A DNA stretch of 64,000 nucleotides, taken from the NCBI GenBank assembly GCA_963816395.1, contig CAWFKQ010000007.1, positions 160,001 through 224,000 on the forward strand, read 5' to 3'. The notes under the pieces were generated by a model. It ran no database searches. It saw only the letters and a program-made list of their open reading frames with translations, and was not told the origin of the DNA. This document shows positions 53,703-64,000 of the stretch, piece after piece; position 1 is the first letter of the stretch; every line of letters begins with the position of its first letter. Origin of the DNA: an uncultured delta proteobacterium (lineage in GTDB: Bacteria; Desulfobacterota; Desulfuromonadia; Desulfuromonadales; JACZKF01). The translations under genes and the position numbers were made by a program.

Positions 53703-55265
53703 CTATTCCCACTCGATGGTTGCCGGCGGCTTGCTGGAGATGTCGTAAACGACCCGGTTCACTCCCTTGACTTCGTTGATGATCCGGTTGCTGATCCGGG
53801 CCAGGTCGGCATAGGGGAGCGGATACCAGCCGGCGGTCATGAAATCCCTGGTCTCCACCGCCCGCAGGGCGACGACGAATTCGTAGGTGCGGCCGTCGCC
53901 CATCACCCCGACGCTGCGCACCGGCAGAAAGACCGCGAAAGCCTGGCTGATCTTGTGGTAGTGGCCGGTGCGGTAGAGCTCATCGATATAGATGGCGTCC
54001 GCCTGGCGCAGGATATCGGCATATTCCTTCTTCACCTCGCCGAGGATGCGCACCCCGAGCCCGGGACCGGGGAAGGGATGGCGCCAGACCATCTGGTGCG
54101 GCAGACCGAGTTCCTCGCCGATCGCCCGCACCTCGTCCTTGAACAACTCGCGCAGCGGCTCCAGCAGCTGCAGCTTCATATATTCGGGAAGGCCGCCCAC
54201 ATTGTGATGGCTCTTGATGTTGTGCGCCTTGCCGGTTTTCGCCCCGGCCGACTCGATGACGTCCGGATAGATCGTTCCCTGGGCCAGCCAGCGGGCGTCC
54301 GGGAGTTTGCCCGCCTCTTGCTCGAATACCTCGATGAACAGGCCGCCGATGATCTTGCGCTTGCGCTCGGGATCCTCGATCCCGGCGAGGGCCGACAGGA
54401 AGCGCTCCTCGGCATTGACCCGGATCACTTTCACCCCCATGTTCTGGGCAAAGGTGGCCATCACCTGGTCCCCCTCTCCCAGGCGCAGAAGACCATTGTC
54501 GACAAAGACGCAGGTCAGCTGCTCGCCGATCGCGCGGTGGATGAGAGCCGCCGCCACCGACGAATCGACGCCGCCGGAAAGGCCGAGAATGACCTGACCG
54601 CTCCCCACCTGCCGGCGGATGCGGGCGATGGCGTCCTCGATGATCTGCCCCGGCGTCCACTTGCCGCTGCAGCCGCAGATTTTACGCACGAAGGTGTCAA
54701 GGAGGATTTCCCCACGTGGGGTATGGTTGACCTCGGGATGGAACTGCACCCCGTACAGGTGTCGGGTGGTATCCTGGATGGCGGCGACCGGCGCGTTTTC
54801 CGTCCCCGCCACCACCTCGAAACCCGGCGGGATCACCTCCACATGGTCGCCGTGGCTCATCCACACCGGGCTCTTGCCGTCGACGAAGAATCCTTCGAAC
54901 AGCGGCCCCGGCTCTTTCCGCAGAGACAGGTCGGCATGGCCGAATTCGCGCTTGCCGGCGGGGACCACCGAGCCGCCGAAATGCCGGCTCAGCAGCTGCA
55001 TGCCGTAGCAGATTGCCAGCACCGGCACCCCCAGTTCGAACAACTCCTCCGCCACGGCAGGCGCCCCCGCTTCATACACTGATTTGGGGCCGCCGGAAAG
55101 GATGATCCCGCGGGGAGCAAAGGCGCGGATCGCCGCGAAGTCCATATCGAATGGATGCAGTTCACAGTAGACGTGCGCTTCGCGCACCCGGCGGGCAATG
55201 AGCTGCGTGTACTGGGAGCCGAAATCGAGGATGAGGATTTTTTCGGCGTGGATGTCAGGCTGCAT
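53703..55265 (-). CDS. guaA: GMP synthase (glutamine-hydrolysing)
   Basis: [26 protein letters not shown] and KPPATIEWE. Confidence 0.98.
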   Translation of the reverse strand: MQPDIHAEKILILDFGSQYTQLIARRVREAHVYCELHPFDMDFAAIRAFAPRGIILSGGPKSVYEAGAPAVAEELFELGVPVLAICYGMQLLSRHFGGSVVPAGKREFGHADLSLRKEPGPLFEGFFVDGKSPVWMSHGDHVEVIPPGFEVVAGTENAPVAAIQDTTRHLYGVQFHPEVNHTPRGEILLDTFVRKICGCSGKWTPGQIIEDAIARIRRQVGSGQVILGLSGGVDSSVAAALIHRAIGEQLTCVFVDNGLLRLGEGDQVMATFAQNMGVKVIRVNAEERFLSALAGIEDPERKRKIIGGLFIEVFEQEAGKLPDARWLAQGTIYPDVIESAGAKTGKAHNIKSHHNVGGLPEYMKLQLLEPLRELFKDEVRAIGEELGLPHQMVWRHPFPGPGLGVRILGEVKKEYADILRQADAIYIDELYRTGHYHKISQAFAVFLPVRSVGVMGDGRTYEFVVALRAVETRDFMTAGWYPLPYADLARISNRIINEVKGVNRVVYDISSKPPATIEWE

Positions 55266-55283
55266 GCGGGTTTTCTCCAACAT

Positions 55284-55356
55284 GTAGGGGCACGGCGCGC
55301 CGTGCCCTCTACACCTTGCGGCCATGAGATCGGGCACGGCGCGCAGTGCCCCTCCG
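55284..55356. repeat. REP-like doublet (GTAG plus GC-rich palindrome)
   Basis: GTAGGGGCACGGCGCGCCGTGCCCTCTAC and a second copy GGGCACGGCGCGCAGTGCCCCTCCG between guaB and guaA. Confidence 0.75.
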
Positions 55357-55360
55357 CAGA

Positions 55361-56866
<1,506 letters not shown>

Positions 56867-56925
56867 TTAATCCGTAAGCTTATAAGAGCGGGCAAGAGAG
56901 AGTCAAGGTTAAAAGCAGGCTATAA

Positions 56926-57024
56926 CAGGCTAGAGGCAACGGGCTAGCGGCTTGAGGAAAAAAGAAAAGCACCTCCCCGCCATTGCCTTTCTCCTATGGC
57001 CTCTTGCCCCTAGCCTCTTGCCTC
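56926..57024. repeat. Inverted heptamer-array element upstream of guaB
   Basis: CAGGCTAGAGGCAACGGGCTAGCGGCTTGAGG...CCTCTTG CCCCTAG CCTCTTG CCT. The first arm nearly matches the reverse complement of 16870-16901. Confidence 0.8.
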
Positions 57025-57030
57025 CGGGAT

Positions 57031-58101
57031 TCAGTTCGGCACGAACTGATCCCGGGACGTAATCCGATAGAGTACGGCAGTGAGGAGCCGCACGGCATTT
57101 TCCAGGTCGTTCAGGGAAAGGACCTCCACCGGGGTGTGCATGTAACGAAGCGGGACCCGGACCAGGGCAGTGGCCACGCCGCCGCGGGAAATCTGCACCA
57201 CATTGGCATCGGTGCCGGTCGCCCGCGGCTCGCCGATGATCTGAACGGGGATGCTTTCCTCGCGGGCGGTGCGGGTCAATAGGTCGAACAGCGCCGGGTT
57301 GATGTTCGCCCCGCGCGACAGGATCGGTCCGCCGTCCAACTGGAATTCGCCGATTTCCTTTTTTTCCACGCCGGGAAAATCAGTAGCGAAACCGACTTCC
57401 ACGACGAGGGCGAGGTCGGGCCGCACCTCGTAGGCACTGGTAACGGCGCCGCGCAGGCCCAACTCTTCCTGCACGGTGGAGACGCCGTAGAGTTCGACCG
57501 GCAGCGGCCCGCGCCGGTGCACCTCTCCGAGCACCCGGGCGACGACAAAGGCGCCCATCTTATCGTCGAAGGCGCGGCCGGTGATACGCTCCCCCTGCAG
57601 GCGCTCCAGACCGACGGCGAAGGTCACCGGATCACCGATCGCCACCCGATCCCGCGCCTCGTCGCGGCTGCGGCAGCCGATGTCGATGAACATCTCCTTG
57701 AACTTGAGGACCGTTTCCTTGTCTTTTGCCTCCATCAGGTGGATCGGCTTCTTGCCGATCACCCCGAGGAGGGCGCCGGCGGCCGTATGCACCCGCACCC
57801 GTTGTCCGGGGACCAGGTGGGGATCGATGCCGCCGATGGGGGTGAAATAGAGAAACCCCTGCTCGTCGATGTAGCGGACCATGAAACCGATCTCGTCGCA
57901 GTGACCGGTCAGCATGACCCGCGGGGCGCCCGCCCCAGGCCCGGCCAGACGGGCGATGAGGTTGCCCATCATGTCGGTGCGCAATTCATCGGCCACCCCT
58001 TCCAGCCGCTGACGGATCAGCCGCTGCACCGGCTGCTCGTAACCGGATGGGCTGGGGGTTTCTATCAGTTCCTGCAGGAAATCGAAGTCGGTATCATTCA
58101 T
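57031..58101 (-). CDS. M42 family metallopeptidase
   Basis: SPSGYE, GHCDEIG, AFDDKMG, QEELGLRGA, GTDA and RYMHTPVE. Confidence 0.92.
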   Translation of the reverse strand: MNDTDFDFLQELIETPSPSGYEQPVQRLIRQRLEGVADELRTDMMGNLIARLAGPGAGAPRVMLTGHCDEIGFMVRYIDEQGFLYFTPIGGIDPHLVPGQRVRVHTAAGALLGVIGKKPIHLMEAKDKETVLKFKEMFIDIGCRSRDEARDRVAIGDPVTFAVGLERLQGERITGRAFDDKMGAFVVARVLGEVHRRGPLPVELYGVSTVQEELGLRGAVTSAYEVRPDLALVVEVGFATDFPGVEKKEIGEFQLDGGPILSRGANINPALFDLLTRTAREESIPVQIIGEPRATGTDANVVQISRGGVATALVRVPLRYMHTPVEVLSLNDLENAVRLLTAVLYRITSRDQFVPN

Positions 58102-58127
58102 GGGAGGCCCCTTTTTAAGGTTTCGGG

Positions 58128-58186
58128 AATCAGGTCTCAGGTTACAGGTTATTCGGGCTCGACCTGATTCCTGAAACCTGAATCCT
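58128..58186. repeat. Short inverted heptamer-type element (CAGG.../...CCTG)
   Basis: ATCAGGTCTCAGGTTACAGG...CCTGATTCCTGAAACCTGAATCC. Confidence 0.6.
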
Positions 58187-58197
58187 ATCCCTGGTCT

Positions 58198-58848
58198 TCA
58201 TTTTACCGCTTTTGCAACCAATTCCTCGCTGTTTCGCCGGCACTGTTCGAACTCTTCAGAAGTCAGGCCGGCGCCCAGGGCGATCACCTTCGCCGCCGCC
58301 AGGGGGGTAAGGTCGCCGGGGGCATGGCTGTCGGTGTTCACCACCAGCCGGGCGCCGGCAGCCAGGGCGGTGCGGGCTACATGACCGTTGGCCAGGGCAT
58401 GGCTGCGGCGGGTAGTGATTTCCAGCAGGATGCCGCGGCTGGCGGCGAGGGCCGCCTCTTCGGGGGTGATCAGCCCAGGATGGGAAAGTATGTCGATGTC
58501 GGCCTCGAGGGCCGCCCGGTTGGTACCGGGGGCTACCGGTTCGGCGATCGTCTCGCCGTGGCAGACGACCACCCGCGCTCCCAGTCGGCGCGCTTCGCCG
58601 GCTGCCTCGCCGATCATCGCCGGGGGAATGTGGGTGAGTTCGATGCCGGGGATGACGGTGAGCCCCCAGGCCTTACCGAGATCCGCGGCCACCCGCACCA
58701 GGCGCGGAATGATCAAGTCGAAATTGGAGAAATCGCCGTGATCGGTGAGGGCAATGGCCCGGTAACCGGCCACCGCTGCCCGCCGGGTCAACTCGGCGGG
58801 AATCAGCTCCCCGTCGCTGAACAGGGTATGCGTGTGCAGATCGATCAT
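58198..58848 (-). CDS. PHP-domain protein (histidinol-phosphatase-like)
   Basis: DLHTHT..SDG, TDH, ELTH, HGET, SHPG and NTDSH. Confidence 0.88.
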   Translation of the reverse strand: MIDLHTHTLFSDGELIPAELTRRAAVAGYRAIALTDHGDFSNFDLIIPRLVRVAADLGKAWGLTVIPGIELTHIPPAMIGEAAGEARRLGARVVVCHGETIAEPVAPGTNRAALEADIDILSHPGLITPEEAALAASRGILLEITTRRSHALANGHVARTALAAGARLVVNTDSHAPGDLTPLAAAKVIALGAGLTSEEFEQCRRNSEELVAKAVK

Positions 58849-58867
58849 CTTTTCCTCCGGAAAGAAC

Positions 58868-58936
58868 GGTTCAGGGTCAAGGTTCAAGATTCAAGGAGAC
58901 GCATAACTTCGAACATTGAACATCGAACTTTGAACT
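58868..58936. repeat. Inverted heptamer-array element (GTTCAAG/TTGAAC type)
   Basis: GGTTCAG GGTCAAG GTTCAAG ATTCAAG...TTCGAAC ATTGAAC ATCGAAC TTTGAAC. Confidence 0.8.
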
Positions 58937-58942
58937 GATTGT

Positions 58943-60265
58943 TCAGCCTGGCAATTCCCCCAACTGCGAATTTTTGTACGAGCGGGTGATGCGCACCGGA
59001 ACAACGCGGCCGGCCAGGGAAGGGTCGCCGGCGAAATTGACGATGCGGTTCCAGGTGGTGCGGCCGAACAGCTGTCCGCCTCCCTGCCGGCTCTCTCCCT
59101 CGACCAGAACCGGCAGAATTTTACCCACGTCCATCGCCCAGGTCTGCCTGCTGATCCCCTCCTGCAGGTGCAGCAGGCGCTCGAAGCGCTCCTGTTTCAC
59201 CGCCGCCGGTGTATCGTCCGCCAGGGCCGCGGCCGCGGTGCCGGGGCGCGGTGAATAGAGGAAGGTAAAGGCGTCGGTGTAACGCACCTCTTGCACCAGT
59301 TCGAGGGTCCTGGAGAAATCCTCCTCGGTTTCGCCTGGGAAACCGACGATGATGTCGGTGGTCAGACGGATCTCCGGGCAGGCACTCCGCAGCCGGCGCA
59401 CCAGTTGCAGGTATTGATGGCGGGTATAGCCGCGGTTCATCGCCTGCAGGAGACGGTCCGAACCGCATTGCACCGGCAGGTGCAGATGGCGGCAGATCTT
59501 TTCCAGCCGCCCGATGCTATCGACGAGTTCCTGCGACAGGTCTTTCGGATGGGAAGTGGTGAAGCGGATTCGTTCGATCCCCTCGATGGCATTGACCAGC
59601 GTCAGCAGTTCGGCAAAAGAGATCTCCCCCGGCTCCCGACTCCCGTAGGAATTGACGTTCTGGCCGATCAGGGTGACCTCGCGCACCCCGGCTGCCGCCA
59701 GCTCGCCGATTTCCGCCAGAACATCCCCGCTCGGCCGGCTGATCTCCCGACCGCGCACGTGCGGCACGATGCAGAATGAGCAGAAATTGTCGCATCCCTG
59801 CATCACCGTGACGAAACGGGTGATTCCCGCCCCCTCCGGGCGGCTGGGAAAGAGGGCCAACCGGGTCTCCCGATCGAGGAATTCCGTCTCTTGGCAGCGC
59901 CGGCGGTTTTCCTGCACCCGACGCACCATGGCCGGCAGCTTATGAACGTTGTGGGTGCCGAAGACCAGGTCGAGATAGGGAATTTTCTCGAGCAGGCGCG
60001 CCCCTTCCTGCTGGGCCACACACCCGCCCACCCCGAGTACCAAGGAGGGATTTTCGTCCTTGAGCGGCTTGAAACGCCCAAGATGCCCGTAAACCTTGCG
60101 TTCCGCCTTGTCCCGCACCGAACAGGTGTTGAGGAGGATCAGATCGGCTTCGGCGGCAACCTCGATCTGCTGGTAGCCGATCCCGCGCAGCAGATCGACG
60201 ATCCGCTCGGAGTCGACAACATTCATCTGGCAGCCGAAAGTCTCGAGATAGAACTTCTTATTCAT
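58943..60265 (-). CDS. miaB: tRNA methylthiotransferase MiaB
   Basis: TFGCQMN, NTCSVRDKAE, radical SAM motif CDNFCSFC, RFTTSHP and a TRAM domain. Confidence 0.95.
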   Translation of the reverse strand: MNKKFYLETFGCQMNVVDSERIVDLLRGIGYQQIEVAAEADLILLNTCSVRDKAERKVYGHLGRFKPLKDENPSLVLGVGGCVAQQEGARLLEKIPYLDLVFGTHNVHKLPAMVRRVQENRRRCQETEFLDRETRLALFPSRPEGAGITRFVTVMQGCDNFCSFCIVPHVRGREISRPSGDVLAEIGELAAAGVREVTLIGQNVNSYGSREPGEISFAELLTLVNAIEGIERIRFTTSHPKDLSQELVDSIGRLEKICRHLHLPVQCGSDRLLQAMNRGYTRHQYLQLVRRLRSACPEIRLTTDIIVGFPGETEEDFSRTLELVQEVRYTDAFTFLYSPRPGTAAAALADDTPAAVKQERFERLLHLQEGISRQTWAMDVGKILPVLVEGESRQGGGQLFGRTTWNRIVNFAGDPSLAGRVVPVRITRSYKNSQLGELPG

Positions 60266-60303
60266 TGAAAAAGCCAGTCATGTGGAAAGGGTTGCCAACC
60301 GGT

Positions 60304-60868
60304 TCAGGAGTTTTCGCCGTCAATGGCAGCACCCGCCGGCGTTTCTTCCTGCTTCCGCTGCAGACGATGGCTCGCCGTCAGAGCCGATTCGAGCAGCGCG
60401 GTGAGCCGCCGGGGGTGCTCGATACAGGAGATGACCAGCGTCTGCTGCGGTTGGCTGCCGGTGATTCGGAAAGAGGCGAGCTCTGCCGCCAACGGTTTGA
60501 CCCGGAAGAAGGTCAGCTCACTCAAGGGTAAAGTCTCCAGGCGTGGGCGGAAGAAGCCGCGCCGGACCAGAATCCGCCGGTCGGTCACGGCGTAAAAGAC
60601 CTTCTCCCATTCCAGGCGGGCGTGCAGAGGATGTCCCACGGCGAGATAGACACCAGCCAGGACGAAGGGCAGCGGAATCCAGAGCACCAGCGGCGTCTGA
60701 TAGGTGACGCGCAACTCAAAACCGACAATCTGCCAATACACCGAGAGCAGGAGGAGGAGGATGCCGAAGACGGAATGACGCCAATTGCGGAAGGTAAAGC
60801 AGCCAGGCGCCGGACGCCCTTCCCAGTGGACAGCTCTCCTCCGGCTGCAGAAAGACCGACCAGTCCAT
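60304..60868 (-). CDS. Membrane protein with a bacterial PH-like domain (apparent frameshift near 60835)
   Basis: MDWSVFLQPEE then, in a shifted frame, VHWEGRP, two TMs and YAVTDRRILV. Confidence 0.7.
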
Positions 60869-62220
60869 CACCCCCCCGAGATTGCCTGCAGCCTGCCGGC
60901 GGCGGCCCGGCCCAGCTTTCCCTGCGGATCCGCCTTGGCCACGTCCTGGTAAAGGGCAATGGCCTTCTGCCGCTCGCCGGCCTTCTCGTAAGCCTCGGCC
61001 AGCAGGAATCCTCCCTGCAGGGTAGGCAGCAGCTGCATCCCCGCCTCCAGCTCAGTCACCGCCCGCTGCTTGTCCCCCTGCTGCAGGAAGACGTAGCCGA
61101 GTCCCAGATGCGACAGGTAGTAAGCGCCGTCGAGCTTAACCGCCCGGGCCAGGTGCGGACGGGCCGCAGCCGGGTCTTCCGAGCGCAGGTAGGCCATCCC
61201 CAGGCCGGTGAGAATCAGCGCCTCATCCGGAGCGGCGGTCGCCGCCTGGAAGTAGGTGGCGATCGCCTTGGAAGTCTCCCCTTTCGCTTCCAGATGCCGG
61301 GCCTGTTCATACAGTTCGAAAGCGGGCTCCTCCAGGCGCAGTGCCGCCACCGCAGCCTGAAACGGCTCGCGACCCAGGCGAAAACCGGCACCGTGCGCCT
61401 GCGGGTAGCGACTACGGATGTACTGCTCATTATCGAGCATCCGCTCCTTGGAGAATGGGTGGGTTCGGAAAATACCGGAAACCCAGTCCGGCTCCGCCCC
61501 GCCTTCGAGCTGCCGATAGAAGAACTCCTGCACCTGCGCCGCTCCCTGTGGATCGTAGCCCGCCCGTACCATGTAATCGATCCCCAGCAGATCCGCTTCC
61601 CGCTCCTGTTCGCGGCTGTAGGAGCGGTCGACCAGTGTCGCTGCCAGCTGCCCGGCCTGCTGGGCCAGAGGTCCGTAAGAGGCTTCACCGGCCACTCCGG
61701 AAAGAACCGCTAAGCTGAGATTCAGCAATGAGCCGCGCTGCATCCCCTGCACCGAATGGCGGGCGGTGACGTGACCGATCTCATGCCCGAGCACCGCCGC
61801 CAGTTGCGCCTCATTCTGCAGGTGTCCCAGGAGGCCGCGAGTGACGCCGATGAAACCACCGGGCATGGCGAAAGCATTGGGACTCGAGTCGTTGATCACC
61901 CGGAACTGCCAGGGCAGATCCGGACGCTCGCTGAGTCTTGCCAGGGCATGGCCGACCCGATCGACGTAGGCGCTCAGATCCGCATCGGGATATGCCCCTC
62001 CCATCTTCTGTACCGCTTGCGGAAAGGCCTGCTCTCCGAGGGTTATCTCCTCGGCCGGGGAAACCTGCGTCAGGGCCAGTTCGTTCTTTCCGGTAACCGG
62101 ATTGACAGCGCAGGCAGCCAGCAGTCCGGCCACCCCGAGCAGTGCCAGGAACAGGCAACTGACTCGTCGGGCCGGCGCGTTTATTTTTCTTCTGATCTTC
62201 TGCAAACCTTCTCCTCCCAA
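60868..62220 (-). CDS. M48 family metalloprotease lipoprotein with TPR repeats (BepA-like)
   Basis: LAAC lipobox plus AVNPVTG, NAFAMPGG, HEIGH, YSREQEREAD and THP. Start uncertain. Confidence 0.9.
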   Translation of the reverse strand: MGGEGLQKIRRKINAPARRVSCLFLALLGVAGLLAACAVNPVTGKNELALTQVSPAEEITLGEQAFPQAVQKMGGAYPDADLSAYVDRVGHALARLSERPDLPWQFRVINDSSPNAFAMPGGFIGVTRGLLGHLQNEAQLAAVLGHEIGHVTARHSVQGMQRGSLLNLSLAVLSGVAGEASYGPLAQQAGQLAATLVDRSYSREQEREADLLGIDYMVRAGYDPQGAAQVQEFFYRQLEGGAEPDWVSGIFRTHPFSKERMLDNEQYIRSRYPQAHGAGFRLGREPFQAAVAALRLEEPAFELYEQARHLEAKGETSKAIATYFQAATAAPDEALILTGLGMAYLRSEDPAAARPHLARAVKLDGAYYLSHLGLGYVFLQQGDKQRAVTELEAGMQLLPTLQGGFLLAEAYEKAGERQKAIALYQDVAKADPQGKLGRAAAGRLQAISGG

Positions 62221-62322
62221 AGGGTTTCGACTTTAACATTTTTTCGCTAGCCTTGTCACCATGAAATCATGTATGATGACTGGTTTGCTGAATACTCATA
62301 CAAGGAGCAGTAAGAATTTTCT

Positions 62323-64000
62323 ATGCCTCAGAACATCCGCAACATCGCGATTATTGCCCATGTCGATCACGGCAAAACTACCCTGGTCGATGCCATGCTC
62401 AAACAATCCGGGGTCTTCCGGGAGAACCAGGTGATCACCGAGCGGGTGATGGACAGCAACGACCTGGAACGGGAGCGGGGTATCACCATTCTCTCCAAGA
62501 ACCTCTCAATCCATCACAGCGGACTTAAGATCAACATCGTCGACACCCCCGGCCACGCCGATTTTGGCGGGGAGGTGGAGCGAGTGCTGAAGATGGTCGA
62601 TTCGGTCCTGCTGCTGGTCGATGCCTTTGACGGGCCGATGCCGCAAACCCGCTTCGTTCTGAAAAAATCCCTCGACCTCGGATTGAAGCCGATCGTGGTG
62701 ATCAACAAGATCGACCGCCCTGGAGCCCGCCCGGAAAAAGTGGTGGACATGGTGTTCGATATGTTTTGCGAACTCAATGCCGATGAGGAGCAGCTCGATT
62801 TCCCCATCGTCTTCACCAGTGCCAAGCAGGGCTTTGCCAAGCGCGAACTGGACCAGGAATCGAAGGACCTGGAACCCCTGTTCGCCATGATTGGCGAGCG
62901 AGTGGCGCCGCCGCAGGCCGACCCCCTCGCACCCTTTCAGATGCTGGTGGCCAGCATTGATTATAACGACTACATCGGCCGGATCGCCACCGGCAAAATT
63001 TTCAATGGGCGGGTCCATAGCGGTGAGACGGTCGCTCTGCTCCGGCGAGACGGCACCACGGTGCGCGGCCGCATTTCCAAACTCCTCGGATATGAAGGGC
63101 TGAAGCAGATGGAATTGGCCGAGGCCGCGGCCGGCGATATCATCACCATCGCCGGTTTCGACGAAGTCGGCATCGGCGAAACCTTCGCCGCCGCCGATCA
63201 CCCGGTCGCCATCCCCTACGTGTCCATTGACGAGCCGACCCTCTCCATGAACTTCATGGTCAATACCTCGCCATTCGCCGGCCGCGAGGGTAAATACGTA
63301 ACCTCTCGCAATATCCGCGAACGACTGTTGAAGGAACTGCGCACCAACGTCTCCCTGCGCGTGGAAGATACGGAGAACACCGATACCTGCAAGGTTTCCG
63401 GACGCGGCGAGCTGCATCTTTCGATCCTTATCGAAAACATGCGCCGTGAAGGCTTCGAACTTGCGGTCTCTAAACCCGAAGTCATCTACCGGGAAATCGA
63501 CGGCGTTCTCTGCGAGCCAATGGAATACCTGGTGATCGATGTTCCCGAAGAACACCAGGGAACGGTCATCGAAAAACTGGGGGTTCGGCGCGCCGAGATG
63601 GCTTCCATGCAGCCGATGGAGGGAGTGGTCCGACTGGAGTTCATTATTCCCGCCCGCGGCCTGATCGGTTTCCGTACCGAGTTTCTTACCGACACCCGCG
63701 GGGCCGGGGTCATGACCCACACCTTCCACGAATATGCTCCCTGCAAGGGAGCGATCCCCGGCCGCAAGAACGGGGTGCTGATCGCCATGGAGGCCGGCGA
63801 GACGGTCGGCTACTCGCTTTTCAATCTGCAGGAGCGCGGCATTCTCTTCGTCGGCCCCCGGGTACGGATGTCTACGAAGGGATGATCATCGGACAGCACG
63901 CGAAGGAAAATGACCTGGTGGTTAACGCCTGCAGGGGGAAGAAGTTGACCAATGTCCGCGCTTCCGGCAGCGACGAGGCGATCCGGCTGACACCGCCGCG
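62323..64000 (+). CDS. typA: Translational GTPase TypA/BipA (apparent frameshift near 63860; runs off the window end)
   Basis: [20 protein letters not shown] and GRGELHL; after the shift the frame reads DVYEGMIIG...[14 protein letters not shown]. Confidence 0.96.

Overview
GC-rich chromosomal window from a deltaproteobacterium. Gene content and order suggest a Desulfuromonadia/Geobacter-like organism (inference). Most of it is housekeeping. On the minus strand, an envelope/lipid A super-operon (phoH-pgpH-ybeY-dgk-corC-lnt-smr-prfB-lysS-lolC/E-lolD-bamA-skp-lpxD-fabZ-lpxA-gnnA-gnnB-lpxB-msbA-DUF374-waaA-lpxK-ycaR-deacetylase-GT4) is followed by eno, an ftsH paralog, a stand-alone divergent cas6 and tgt. 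An accessory patch at about 34.3-43.1 kb holds an MDR oxidoreductase, a RES-Xre toxin-antitoxin pair, EamA, LysR, two gene remnants, a metallophosphoesterase-cupredoxin-Mo oxidoreductase operon and a VOC gene. The right part holds xth, rlpA, accA, dnaE, maf, a hypothetical gene, a WYL regulator, a MazG-like gene, guaA, guaB, M42, PHP, miaB, M48 and typA. About ten single-base frameshifts, several in essential genes, look like assembly errors; only the prfB shift is clearly programmed. The best candidate for a novel system is a WYL regulator followed by a GTGAC-N7-GTCAC palindrome inside a PafBC-like TGTCAC-N10-TATTCT promoter. This promoter precedes a 149-aa unknown protein carrying a beta-clamp-binding-like motif (QLELPL) and a C-terminal AA, located just upstream of maf and dnaE. 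Other notable items are an orphan degenerate Cas6, an IF1-like helix fused to a zinc ribbon, and dispersed heptamer-built inverted repeats. No rRNA, tRNA, CRISPR array, integrase or transposase was recognised.
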